From positions 133,192 to 197,191 of the forward strand of contig CAWBBV010000004.1 of the NCBI GenBank assembly GCA_963787125.1: a stretch of 64,000 nt of DNA, given 5' to 3'. A program made the translations under genes and the position numbers. This DNA is from an uncultured delta proteobacterium (GTDB taxonomy: Bacteria; Desulfobacterota; Desulfuromonadia; Geobacterales; DSM-12255). The notes under the pieces were generated by a model. It saw only the letters and a program-made list of their open reading frames with translations. It searched no databases and was not told where the DNA came from. Below, piece after piece: positions 8,637 to 18,169 of the stretch. The number at the start of each line of letters is the position of its first letter. Positions within the stretch are counted from its first letter, which is position 1.

Positions 8637-10537
8637 GTACGCCCGTCATGGGCGTGAACTTATGGGGTGCAAGTCCCCTGTACGGTGAATCCAACACTGT
8701 CGCGAGACAGCGTAAACCAAGTACTAGCCGAAGGCAAGGGCGTCTCCGCGAGGAGGGGTCTGGAGGAAGCCGGAGCGCAAAGCTATGAGCCGACGAACAG
8801 AAACAGCATACAAGGCCATCATCCGGGCAAGTCAGCACAACATGACGAAGTCCCATGGGTTCAGGAGAAATGGTAAATGCTGCGGTTGTGTAGCCACAGT
8901 TCACGTTCTTATCCGGGGAGATCTGTCCGAATTGCCGTTCCAGATACGTGGGGCTGCGCTCTGCATGGCAACATGCCGGGTATCGGACAGAAGTCAGCAG
9001 AAGCCATAGTAGGCGCGAGACGTTGCCGCAAGCGATCCGGCAACTGGAAACAAGCCCGGCAGAGTCCGGGAAGCCTTACCCCGCCGAAGGGCCGAACGAA
9101 GAAAGGGGAGTAGCACCAATGAGCTTTCATGACATAAAGAACCCGTCCGGGGGAATGCCTATGGAGCGCGTCATTGATCAGCCAACCCCTGAGCAGCACC
9201 TACTGGAGCGGATACTCTCCAGTGCGAACATGGAGCAAGCGTGGAAACGGGTCAAAGCCAATAAGGGCGCACCCGGCGTCGATGGCATCACCATCGAACA
9301 ATTCCCCGACCATACCCGTTCTCACTGGAACACTATTCGCGAATCGCTAATGACAGGCAGTTACCAACCTTTGCCGGTAAAGCGGGTAGAGATTCCCAAA
9401 GCAACGGGTGGAACCCGTCCGCTGGGGATACCCACTGTACTTGACCGGCTGATCCAACAGTCCATTGCCCAAGTGTTGACACCGATCTTCGATCCGGACT
9501 TCTCCGCATCGAGCTTCGGTTTCCGTCCCCGTCGGTCAGCAAAAGATGCTGTCCGAAAGGTGCGGGAGTACATCCAGCAGGGATACCGGATTGCCGTGGA
9601 TATTGACCTTGCCAAGTTCTTCGACACGGTCAACCATGATCTGCTCATGCACCTTGTGAGCAAGAAAGTTCACGACAAGCGGGTACTAGCCCTGATCGGC
9701 ACGTACTTACGGGCAGGTGTAAAGGTAAACGGGCGTCTTGAAAAGACCAGACTGGGTGTTCCCCAGGGTGGCCCCCTCTCGCCGCTTCTTGCCAATATCC
9801 TGCTCGACACACTGGACAAAGAACTTGAGAAACGCGGTCACAAGTTCGTCCGCTATGCAGACGACTTCGTCATCCTCGTCAAAAGCCAGCGCGCCGGCGT
9901 CCGGGTAATGGAAGGGATGAAAACCTTCCTGACCAGCAAACTCAAGCTTAACGTCAATGAAACCAAGAGTGCGGTAGCAAGAACATCCCGCATCGACTTC
10001 CTTGGTTTTATCTTCAGTGGCACCCGCATCATCTGGTCTGACAAGGCATACAAGGAATTCAGACGCCGCGTCAAACAGTATACCGGAAGAAGCTGGCGGG
10101 TCTCCATGAAGTACCGGTTGTATAAACTGGCTCAATATCTCCGTGGCTGGATGGGGTACTTCGGAATATCGGAGTATTACCGTGAAATTCCGGAAATAGA
10201 CGGTTGGATAAGGCGCAGGATACGGCTCTGTTACTGGAAACAGTGGCGCTGGTGTCGTACCAAGATCAAGAATCTACTGGCACTTGGTACGCAACTTGGC
10301 ACCGCCATCCGAGCGGGCCTGAATAGAAGCGGCCCGTGGGCGATGTCCCGAAGATTGGCTGCTCATACCGGTTTGACCAACAAATGTCTGAAGGATCAAG
10401 GCTTATTATCTGTCAAAGAACTGTGGGTGAAGCTTCACTACCCGGCTACGGCCCGGTAATTCTATCGAACCGCCGGATGCGGACCCGCATGTCCGGTGGT
10501 GTGGGGGCTGGGGGAGAAAAACCCCCGGCTACCCGAT
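8637..10537 (+). mobile_element. Group IIC (attC-targeting) intron, copy 2, 1901 bp
   Basis: Same GTACG start, domain V/VI and CCCGAT end as copy 1; TTGT/T insertion site. Confidence 0.95.
9119..10459 (+). CDS. ltrA: Group II intron reverse transcriptase/maturase
   Basis: Near-identical to 857-2197; start set by homology with copy 1. Confidence 0.95.
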   Translation: MSFHDIKNPSGGMPMERVIDQPTPEQHLLERILSSANMEQAWKRVKANKGAPGVDGITIEQFPDHTRSHWNTIRESLMTGSYQPLPVKRVEIPKATGGTRPLGIPTVLDRLIQQSIAQVLTPIFDPDFSASSFGFRPRRSAKDAVRKVREYIQQGYRIAVDIDLAKFFDTVNHDLLMHLVSKKVHDKRVLALIGTYLRAGVKVNGRLEKTRLGVPQGGPLSPLLANILLDTLDKELEKRGHKFVRYADDFVILVKSQRAGVRVMEGMKTFLTSKLKLNVNETKSAVARTSRIDFLGFIFSGTRIIWSDKAYKEFRRRVKQYTGRSWRVSMKYRLYKLAQYLRGWMGYFGISEYYREIPEIDGWIRRRIRLCYWKQWRWCRTKIKNLLALGTQLGTAIRAGLNRSGPWAMSRRLAAHTGLTNKCLKDQGLLSVKELWVKLHYPATAR

Positions 10538-10588
10538 TGGACATTGGCCTTTTCACTCGTTAAGTTACAAAACTTGCCAGCGTTCCTT

Positions 10589-11119
10589 TCAGGTAGCGTG
10601 GCCTAGAATAAATTGCAAACGCATATTTATTGACTCTAGCTCATTATCTGAAAAGAGTGGAACATCAATTAGCCGAAATCCAAGTCTCATGTAAACCTCA
10701 CGGAGTTGCCTTGATACAGCAACAGCTTGGTCAGGGCTATCTTTTCTCTGGGCGTCGGTGCGATACTCAGGTAACATTTGTAAGAAGAATACATCTTGTT
10801 CATAATTGGCGTTATTTATATCTTGATATATCGAATCACTTATAGGGCACTGCGCAACTTCTGCGAAAGCAATGGGGTCTACCAATGATCTGTCGAGAAA
10901 TGCAACATTACCAACGAGACCTCTTTCGCGCTTCACTTGGAGCTGGCGACATGCTTCGCAGAAAATCTCTTGGTTATCCCATGGGAATATATTTTCTGCT
11001 TGAATCAACATTCTCGATGATTCTTCCAGCACTAATTGTCCTCTTTTTGATATTAATTCTATCAAAGATGACTTCCCTGAATTAGGTCCACCTGTTAAAA
11101 TGTATTTTTTTATATTCAT
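10589..11119 (-). CDS. AAA_28 / NadR-like P-loop kinase or ATPase
   Basis: YILTGGPNSGKSS Walker A, FLDRSLVD, YRTDAQRKD motifs. Confidence 0.82.
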   Translation of the reverse strand: MNIKKYILTGGPNSGKSSLIELISKRGQLVLEESSRMLIQAENIFPWDNQEIFCEACRQLQVKRERGLVGNVAFLDRSLVDPIAFAEVAQCPISDSIYQDINNANYEQDVFFLQMLPEYRTDAQRKDSPDQAVAVSRQLREVYMRLGFRLIDVPLFSDNELESINMRLQFILGHAT

Positions 11120-11168
11120 AAGTTGTAGGTTTTTGCACGTTGTTAGCAGTATATTGTCAATTTTAAAG

Positions 11169-12974
11169 TTATTTATCCTGTAGCCTATCCAATGGAGGCT
11201 TCTGAGTTAATTCATGTTGTTTCGTATCATCTTGTGGTGCTGAAACAAGTTGAGCAGGATTGAAAAAATATACAATGGCAAATACAGCTAAAGCTCCACC
11301 AGCCTTCAACCATGAACCTAAATTTAAATTTATAAAGCCAGGTATAAAAGCGGCAATGCCTGCTATTGCAAGTGCTAAAATTATTCTAAAAACATTGTAT
11401 TGAAAGTTAGTTGGATTTGGGAAGGCAATTGCAAGAACCAGCATTGTAATTATAAATACGATCCCAAATGAAAAAATTAATATTTTTTCGGTGCCCATTT
11501 TTGTATTCTCTTTTTCAGATTCCATAACTCTCCCGTCATCTGTTGATAATCCCGAATTAAAATTCGGCTGATGTCCATCCTCCATTACAACTTGATTCAA
11601 AGTAACGTTTTTTGCACTTGCATGCGAACCAACCGCTACGGCCTGTTTGACATTGTTTTGATCGCCCATAATGATATTCCTACCTATAAATATTTTTGTT
11701 CCTGCGTGAATCTTCTTGTTGGCAACAACATTACCAACCACCTCAGCTAAAACATTAGAACCAATATTTTCGATGATACGGTTATTGTCGTTTAAAGAAT
11801 CTGAACATAACGTGTCTTGTGACTCTGACATAATTGACTCATAGAATATATCAGAGATGAGTTGCGATGCATTGTCAGGCGAATTAATGGCGAATAAAAC
11901 ATTAGATGCTATCTCATTATTTAAAATATTATAGATGTTCTGTTTTTCTGATATGTCAAGTTGATCAACTAGATACATAGCGATTTTATTTTTTACATGA
12001 CTATTTTTGACTGTTTTATAGCCTGAGGAAAGTATTTCAGACATTTTAACATCGCTAATAAATGCAGATGACTTTAATAAATTATTAATAGCAGCTAAAA
12101 TTACAAGATCATCTTGGCCGCCGTTAACTGCTGACATCATTTTATCTACGACAAAACCATACTCGCTATAATTTGCCATTGCGGTAATAACTGATTCAGC
12201 ATAAAGAGGGTCTGTCTGGAAATAGGAATGCTCAACCTCATTAACTAATAAATGTGGGACATCACGATGCGTTGTGTATGGGAGGCCTTTTACAGCCCAT
12301 TCTCTTGCTCGGACATTCGTTTCTTTCTCTAAAACATAAGTATAGTTTACTAAATCTGACTCGTCTGCAAATTCTTTGACTGCATACATTGCCCATTCTC
12401 TGACAAGATAATCATCATCATGGAATGACTCCTTGAGGGCCGTTTTAATTTCAGATGTAATATCAGATTTGTTTCCGATTGATAGCGCAGCCCATTTCCG
12501 CACATGACTTTTGCTGTGCGATAGAGCTGACATAAGATACTTCATAAGTTCAGGGCTATAATCTTTATAACCCCACGATTTAATAACGCCAATATCAAAA
12601 TCATTTTTAGAACCAAGTTCCACAGGATAGATGTTACTCAAGTTATAGTTGCTTACCTCCAAACACTTCGTTGCAGCGATCAGCCATTCTCTTACATCTT
12701 CATCGAAGATTTGTTTTGTTTTTTGTAAAAGTGCATCAATGGCTGCTACGCCAGCTTCAATAATGGCAAACGTATATGCAAACCATCTGATTACTTTAGG
12801 GTGTTCTTCACTACTAAAGAGGTTAATAAGAATAAGAATCGCAGGAACATTATTTGTATAATAAACCTTTTCTGAACAAATATTCTGTAGGGCTCTGACA
12901 CGCAAAAGCGGGTCAGTGCTTGTAAGTTGGTGGAAGATGAATTTGTGGTTCCGAGTGTTATTCATTGATGGCAA
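11169..12974 (-). CDS. HEAT-repeat protein with a low-complexity linker and a C-terminal 3-TM domain
   Basis: Repeated VRxWA/VREWA HEAT-PBS-like helices; C-terminal FPNPTNFQYNVFRIILAL...AGGALAVFAIVYFFNPA hydrophobic domain. Confidence 0.8.
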   Translation of the reverse strand: MPSMNNTRNHKFIFHQLTSTDPLLRVRALQNICSEKVYYTNNVPAILILINLFSSEEHPKVIRWFAYTFAIIEAGVAAIDALLQKTKQIFDEDVREWLIAATKCLEVSNYNLSNIYPVELGSKNDFDIGVIKSWGYKDYSPELMKYLMSALSHSKSHVRKWAALSIGNKSDITSEIKTALKESFHDDDYLVREWAMYAVKEFADESDLVNYTYVLEKETNVRAREWAVKGLPYTTHRDVPHLLVNEVEHSYFQTDPLYAESVITAMANYSEYGFVVDKMMSAVNGGQDDLVILAAINNLLKSSAFISDVKMSEILSSGYKTVKNSHVKNKIAMYLVDQLDISEKQNIYNILNNEIASNVLFAINSPDNASQLISDIFYESIMSESQDTLCSDSLNDNNRIIENIGSNVLAEVVGNVVANKKIHAGTKIFIGRNIIMGDQNNVKQAVAVGSHASAKNVTLNQVVMEDGHQPNFNSGLSTDDGRVMESEKENTKMGTEKILIFSFGIVFIITMLVLAIAFPNPTNFQYNVFRIILALAIAGIAAFIPGFINLNLGSWLKAGGALAVFAIVYFFNPAQLVSAPQDDTKQHELTQKPPLDRLQDK

Positions 12975-12978
12975 ACTC

Positions 12979-14169
12979 TCATGACAAGTCTTCTAACAGC
13001 TTTTCCCAATTACTTATTATGCAATCATCGCCATAACCATTTCTGAATAAATCTTTATCATATGATTGTCCGTCTTTACGGATTCTCATTCCGTCTGGTG
13101 ATATTTCAGAAATTATTTTAATACTTCCATCAAGAGTAAATCCATATACAAAACACAAATCAATTAACTCATATCCTGCATTTTTAAGTAAATCTTGCAA
13201 CACACTAAAGGCATTGCTTGAAGTGTTTTCCAATTGTTCTGGATCAAGTCCATAGTTTATTATGTAATCTCGTGGTATCGTTATATCTTTGGGGTCGCAT
13301 CGATAATCAAATCTTACTATTGGTTTTTTAAAAGGCATATTAGGATAAAAGAGGCCTGGGCAATCAGTTATTGTTGTGCCAACAGCCGTTTTTTTAACAA
13401 TTACTTCGAAGGGTAAAGAATAACAGTAGTCGCATGAGTATGAATTTGAACTTAATCTATTGTAATCAATAACTTCAATTGAGTTGCTTTGTAATGCTCT
13501 GATGAACTTTTCGCAAATTGAGTTTCTGAGTAATTCAGTACCTACAACATTTTCGCTCCTGTGATATGTGACTGAATCTAACGAAGGCTTAAGCTCTACA
13601 ATAATATTGTTGCATTTCCGGTAAACTATTTTACTTCTACCCTCTTTGATTTTATGTTGTTTGCCTGATATTACATCTTGATATCTATTGAGTATCAACT
13701 CAACTATTTCATTTACGGTCATATTATCAGTTTGTAAATACATTGCGTTCCAATTGTCAGCCAGTCTGTAATAATGAGGTTTATAAAAACCTTCACTATC
13801 AACATCTTCAGGCTCATTTTTACTCGATAATCTTCCTCTTAAAGTTTCAATATCTGCATCAAGAGAAACAAGCAAATCCCTGTCAGATATTAGCTTCAAG
13901 AAACTTAGAGGATGGTTAATCATGGTTTGCGGCGTTAGATGATACCTGTCAAAAATACCCACGTTCGGAAGCGATTCGAGGATATCAATTGAAAGAGACA
14001 TCGCAGCGTTGGGATCTTTGAACCATAACTCATAGATATCTTTACGGCCAGCGAATGGGGCATACACTTCAGCCCCTAAGCGTTGAGAGAGTATTCTTGC
14101 AATACTTGTTTTTCCCACTCCATTTGGACCCTCCAACATTATCCTTGATTCCAGTTTTGGTAACTCCAT
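12979..14169 (-). CDS. Fusion of a thymidylate/dNMP-kinase-like domain and a divergent SAICAR synthetase (PurC)-like domain
   Basis: EGPNGVGKTS and FDRY (kinase); EGRSK, PFEVIVK, EISPDGMRI, DKDLFR (PurC-like). Confidence 0.8.
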   Translation of the reverse strand: MELPKLESRIMLEGPNGVGKTSIARILSQRLGAEVYAPFAGRKDIYELWFKDPNAAMSLSIDILESLPNVGIFDRYHLTPQTMINHPLSFLKLISDRDLLVSLDADIETLRGRLSSKNEPEDVDSEGFYKPHYYRLADNWNAMYLQTDNMTVNEIVELILNRYQDVISGKQHKIKEGRSKIVYRKCNNIIVELKPSLDSVTYHRSENVVGTELLRNSICEKFIRALQSNSIEVIDYNRLSSNSYSCDYCYSLPFEVIVKKTAVGTTITDCPGLFYPNMPFKKPIVRFDYRCDPKDITIPRDYIINYGLDPEQLENTSSNAFSVLQDLLKNAGYELIDLCFVYGFTLDGSIKIISEISPDGMRIRKDGQSYDKDLFRNGYGDDCIISNWEKLLEDLS

Positions 14170-14285
14170 GTAATTCCCCTTTTATATTAAACCGGTTTTA
14201 CCGAAATAATCGTAGTTTCATCTATGGCAACATCAGCCGCACTCCATAATCAAACAAGGTAATAGCGCATCATTTCTTTCCTCCT

Positions 14286-14354
14286 GTTCAACGGGGCTGC
14301 GCCTGACCTGCCGGGCGGGTGTTTGCCCGGTCATGGTCTTGGCGCGTGTTGGGC
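14286..14354 (-). repeat. attC site
   Basis: gttcaac...gcgcctgacctgccgggc/gcccggtcatggtcttggcgc...gttgggc. Confidence 0.92.
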
Positions 14355-14366
14355 ATTTGTTTGGCT

Positions 14367-15581
14367 TCAGTTGATTGACTGCTGCCCGCACTCTCGACAA
14401 TACTTCCCATGAACATGCATCAGACTGTTGCAATTGCTACAAGTTTTAAACTGCGAAAACCCGCAAAAGGGGCATGCCTGCGATCCGGCAGGTAGATGTT
14501 TCCCGCATTGCTGGCATTCTCCTTTCGATATCCTGCGCTCAATCAGCTTCTCGCGCGAAAAAAGCTTCTTCTGAAAGATATAGATCAGGAAAAGCGCTAC
14601 CGCTACAGCTAGCGCAATTACGAGGTAGTGCCAAACCGCAATAAGCTTGAGGGACTCCAGAAGGTCAATGAGCTTCTTCAATAATTTCTTGGGGATGATG
14701 TCGTAAACAGTTTCGATGATTTTGCAAAGGATCGGGATAAATGAGATTCCCAATAGGTGAGAGGAAACCAGAGTTTGGAGCCCCCGGCTTTTCCTGATGC
14801 TTGTGTTATTCCAGGCATAAAAAACCACAAAGAGCGGCAACAGGAAGATCATCTGCATGCCTAGCTTCTTTACCGGATACCAGTAGTTCAATGTGCGTAG
14901 TTCTGTAATTAGTTTTTGCCTGTCTTGTTCTTGTAGACCCTGTAACCTTTCCCAGAGCAGCTTAACTATTGCCTCGCTGTTAATTGTTTGTTCCAATGAT
15001 GCTATACGGGCTTTCAGGACGTTAAGGGCGCTTGTTTTCTCCTGAAAATCCTTTTTAGTTGCATCTACTTTTGTTTGGCTTTTCTGCTGTTTCGCTATTG
15101 TTTCAAGTAAAGACGTATCGTAAGCGCCTTTTAGATTATCGATTGCCCGCTGCAGCTCCTTTGCTTCGTGTTCTGATTTATTTCGGTCTTCAAAAATGCT
15201 GGTTAATGCCTTGTCGTTCTTGATTTGTTCAACTAGATCGACATAGGGAACACAGACCGGATGCCGTTCTTTTCTTTTCTCTTCATCTCTGTAAGGGCTG
15301 GTGCTGGAGGAAATTATGATCTGTGACAGGTTATCGATCCGGTTGGTGGGGTTCCATTGGCGATTGACGACGATTTCCCGACAGGTATTCGGAATGTAAG
15401 CATCTGGAGAGGAGAGTTGCCTTGTATGGGCGTCAAGCCCATCGAAAATTGAAACAAGGATGAATATGTCCAGGAAGATAATGATTAACAGCGCCGCTTT
15501 GCCCAATGGCTGTTCATCAAGGCTGGTAAGATGGGTCCTGACTTTGGCAAATTTATCCTTGAAATTTCCTCCCACACTCAT
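14367..15581 (-). CDS. Membrane protein with coiled coil and C-terminal double zinc ribbon, cassette gene
   Basis: Several TM segments; CQQC..CPFC..CSNC..CREC. Confidence 0.85.
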   Translation of the reverse strand: MSVGGNFKDKFAKVRTHLTSLDEQPLGKAALLIIIFLDIFILVSIFDGLDAHTRQLSSPDAYIPNTCREIVVNRQWNPTNRIDNLSQIIISSSTSPYRDEEKRKERHPVCVPYVDLVEQIKNDKALTSIFEDRNKSEHEAKELQRAIDNLKGAYDTSLLETIAKQQKSQTKVDATKKDFQEKTSALNVLKARIASLEQTINSEAIVKLLWERLQGLQEQDRQKLITELRTLNYWYPVKKLGMQMIFLLPLFVVFYAWNNTSIRKSRGLQTLVSSHLLGISFIPILCKIIETVYDIIPKKLLKKLIDLLESLKLIAVWHYLVIALAVAVALFLIYIFQKKLFSREKLIERRISKGECQQCGKHLPAGSQACPFCGFSQFKTCSNCNSLMHVHGKYCRECGQQSIN

Positions 15582-15626
15582 ACAGCCTCCCTTGTGAATC
15601 GACGATCATTGTATTTAATTTGATTT

Positions 15627-15701
15627 GCTCAACGGGGTGCCCGGTTGACCCGCTCCGGGGCGCTTCTCAGCCCCGGTCGGTGTCAAACCGGCTTGTTGGG
15701 C
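15627..15701 (-). repeat. attC site
   Basis: gctcaac...gccCGGTTGAC/GTCAAACCGgc...gttgggc. Confidence 0.9.
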
Positions 15702-16161
15702 CTGTGTTTTGTCGAATTGCTACTTTGGCACCTATTATAGCGCCGACAGGTAACGTCAGCCAAAAAAGCCACAATAAGCTAAGAAATAACCCTAATGCAG
15801 ATACATATACTGACTCAAACAAATTAGGCGGTGGCTCCCCGAATGAATTTGTAGGACTTCCTGTAACTAAGTAATGCAAATATGAATAGGCTAATAGCAT
15901 GTACCAACAAAGATACTGGCTAACTAGGCTAATTGCTATGCCAGCAGTCATTCCTCGATCCTCATACTTCTCTGGTTTTATTACAAAAAAATACCAAATT
16001 ACCGAACCTGATATTGTTGCCGAAAGAGATGCTCTAAGCCAAAGGTATGAAAATATGCCTCCTCCAGTACTAAAACCAGTGAAACAAGCCCCAATGATTA
16101 AGCCTGCAACTCCGCAATAACATCCCATTTCAAGTGATTTTAGCAGCCTGTTTTTTACCAT
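15667..16161 (-). CDS. Cassette gene, multi-TM membrane protein; stop codon lies inside the attC
   Basis: ORF track; four hydrophobic segments. Confidence 0.75.
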   Translation of the reverse strand: MVKNRLLKSLEMGCYCGVAGLIIGACFTGFSTGGGIFSYLWLRASLSATISGSVIWYFFVIKPEKYEDRGMTAGIAISLVSQYLCWYMLLAYSYLHYLVTGSPTNSFGEPPPNLFESVYVSALGLFLSLLWLFWLTLPVGAIIGAKVAIRQNTGPTSRFDTDRG

Positions 16162-16192
16162 TTGGCACTCATCGGAATTTGTCCATTTATTT

Positions 16193-16245
16193 GCTCAACG
16201 GGGCTGAGGGTGTGCGGGCTTCACCGCACCACCCGATGGTTGGCT
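16193..16245 (-). repeat. Short attC site (53 bp)
   Basis: gctcaac ggggctga GGGTGTGCGG gcttca CCGCACCACCC gatg gttggct. Confidence 0.85.
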
Positions 16246-16909
16246 ACTCTTGTTTCTTGAATTCCACTCTCTGCACGGTAAGAGAATCTTTGCCTGTGAC
16301 CACTGCCCAAATCTGCTCCCCTACAACCGCAAGGTGCGCGTCTGGTGGAAAATCAGCCCTTCCCTCCGCTTTTTTGTCTCGCATCAGTTCGACAACATCG
16401 AGATACTCTCGCTTACAGTCGATAGATTTGCCGTCTGCTTTTTCTTCTTCGCAATTCATAAATTGCTGATCATACCCACTTCTATCGGTTACCACGACAT
16501 ATCTATCCTTGCCATACGCAGCTATCTCTGAATAGGTTGCTTTGCCGTTGGCACCTGCGGACCATCTTTTTAATCCTGTTTTTGCGTCAACCGCAATCCA
16601 AGTAAGGTCCATTGCGATTATGTAAATTGTTTCGAGGCCTGGAACATATGCGAACCCATTGATATCTGCTTGAGCATCAAATTTCCATTTTGTCTCCCGT
16701 TGCTGGTTTAGCATGTATAGCGTGCTCCCAACGGCAACTAGGATTTTGTCACTTGAAATTTGTTGCGGTGGTATGAACCGGACGGCCCGACCCCAAGGCT
16801 CAGAAAGTGACTTCAGAATGGTTGGATTTATTTCCTTGCTATGCGCCAGAATTGGTAAAACAAACGCAAGAAGGAATCCGCCGACTAAGGCAGGCTTCAA
16901 TTTTGTCAT
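16244..16909 (-). CDS. Exported PQQ-like beta-propeller repeat protein, cassette gene
   Basis: Signal peptide; TKWKFD and AVDAKTGLKRW repeats; AAGGA RBS before the ATG at 16909. Confidence 0.7.
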   Translation of the reverse strand: MTKLKPALVGGFLLAFVLPILAHSKEINPTILKSLSEPWGRAVRFIPPQQISSDKILVAVGSTLYMLNQQRETKWKFDAQADINGFAYVPGLETIYIIAMDLTWIAVDAKTGLKRWSAGANGKATYSEIAAYGKDRYVVVTDRSGYDQQFMNCEEEKADGKSIDCKREYLDVVELMRDKKAEGRADFPPDAHLAVVGEQIWAVVTGKDSLTVQRVEFKKQE

Positions 16910-16927
16910 ACTTGTATCCTTTTCTTT

Positions 16928-16997
16928 AGACAACGTCTATGAGTGTGACCGGCGCGGCTGTCTTTTAGCCGAGACCGAGTCCACACGAGAGTTGGGA
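16928..16997 (-). repeat. attC site
   Basis: agacaac...gtgtgaccgg..cggct/agccg..ccgagtccacac...gttggga. Confidence 0.8.
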
Positions 16998-17055
16998 ACC
17001 CACTATTCCTCGATAGGTAAAATGTGCAGAGTGCCAAAGATTCCCTTGACTTAGG

Positions 17056-18105
17056 TTATTTCAGATATGCGTGCAAGCGGACAATTTTCCCACCATTTGA
17101 AATATCGAATTCATAATAATAGTGTTCAAAGTCATAGTAATGTATTGAAATATCATCTTTTTCTTCGATTTCCGACGATTCACCGATAAAATTTGTTAAT
17201 TCCTTAACTGAAGTGTTCTTATTGATTTCCATCGCGTCGCTTTTCAATTTCAAAGTCAGATCACAAGGGATATGTCCTTGATTCCACCTGTCATGAAAAA
17301 TGCACCGAAAGACAGAAACCTCTGAATCAATATCTTCGAACTCAATTCCGGAGGCAAAATAGAAGTAATCACCAGTCTTCAGCGGATCGACATTAGATGG
17401 CTTACCAAGGGTCCTGATAGAGGTGCCTGGCGACCCTAGCTTAATGCCGTTCAGACTTCCCGCATAAAAATCCAAAGTTGCTTTTGTCCGTCTGTGTTCA
17501 GGCCAGTTGGAGGAAGCATCCTGCTTGAAATAATCGAATAAACTTTTAGATAATGCGACGTTACTGCTCGGACGGCTATCATCATAAAAAAAGTTGAAGT
17601 AATTAAAACCGGTATATTTTTTCCCAAAACAGTACGTGTAGAAAAGCATCAACGACTGAATCATCATAACAAGATACAAGATTAGATCTTTATTGGCCGG
17701 TATTTTATGCATAGCAATATTATAGAAAAAAAGTCCGATTATGGCGTACAGCACAATCCGCCTAAGCATGTTGTACCTGTTTGGCCCTTTATAGAATCCT
17801 GTGATTTTATCCATTCGCTGGATTACCATGAGATGAAAGATGCCTATAAATGTTAAAGCCAAACAAAGGCCATCCATTTGCGGCTCACCATTGAGGTAGC
17901 ATCCCAGGCCAAGCAGGAATATAAACCCATAAAATACGGCAAAAGTTTTGTAAATCGAGTCGCCGTATCGACCGTCTTTGCTTGTACGTGATACATCCTT
18001 GACAGTACCATTCAAGTCGTTGTCACAGTTATGGCATCGACCTGAAATATCGTCTTCAGTTGAATTTTCCGCGCCACAGACTTTGCATATAGTGATTCTA
18101 TTCAT
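17056..18105 (-). CDS. Zinc-ribbon plus 4-TM plus soluble-domain hypothetical protein, cassette gene
   Basis: CKVC...CHNC N-terminus, hydrophobic segments. Confidence 0.75.
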   Translation of the reverse strand: MNRITICKVCGAENSTEDDISGRCHNCDNDLNGTVKDVSRTSKDGRYGDSIYKTFAVFYGFIFLLGLGCYLNGEPQMDGLCLALTFIGIFHLMVIQRMDKITGFYKGPNRYNMLRRIVLYAIIGLFFYNIAMHKIPANKDLILYLVMMIQSLMLFYTYCFGKKYTGFNYFNFFYDDSRPSSNVALSKSLFDYFKQDASSNWPEHRRTKATLDFYAGSLNGIKLGSPGTSIRTLGKPSNVDPLKTGDYFYFASGIEFEDIDSEVSVFRCIFHDRWNQGHIPCDLTLKLKSDAMEINKNTSVKELTNFIGESSEIEEKDDISIHYYDFEHYYYEFDISNGGKIVRLHAYLK

Positions 18106-18111
18106 CTTGTC

Positions 18112-18169
18112 TCTCAACGGGGTGGCAGAACAGCGGCGGTTTTAGGCCGCTGCTTCTGTCTGGTTGGAA
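18112..18169 (-). repeat. attC site
   Basis: tctcaac...GGCAGAACAGCGGC/GCCGCTGCTTCTGTC...gttggaa. Confidence 0.92.

Larger units (their letters stand above)
8583..10542 (-). repeat. attC site (8583-8636 plus 10538-10542) interrupted by group IIC intron copy 2
   Basis: gttcaac gtcataagcctgaccggcc...ggccggtcctggcg cttgt|tggac. Confidence 0.9.

Noticed and set aside
8948..9118. N-terminal extension of the copy 2 RT given by the ORF track
   Set aside because: Lies in intron RNA domains II-III and is out of frame in copy 1
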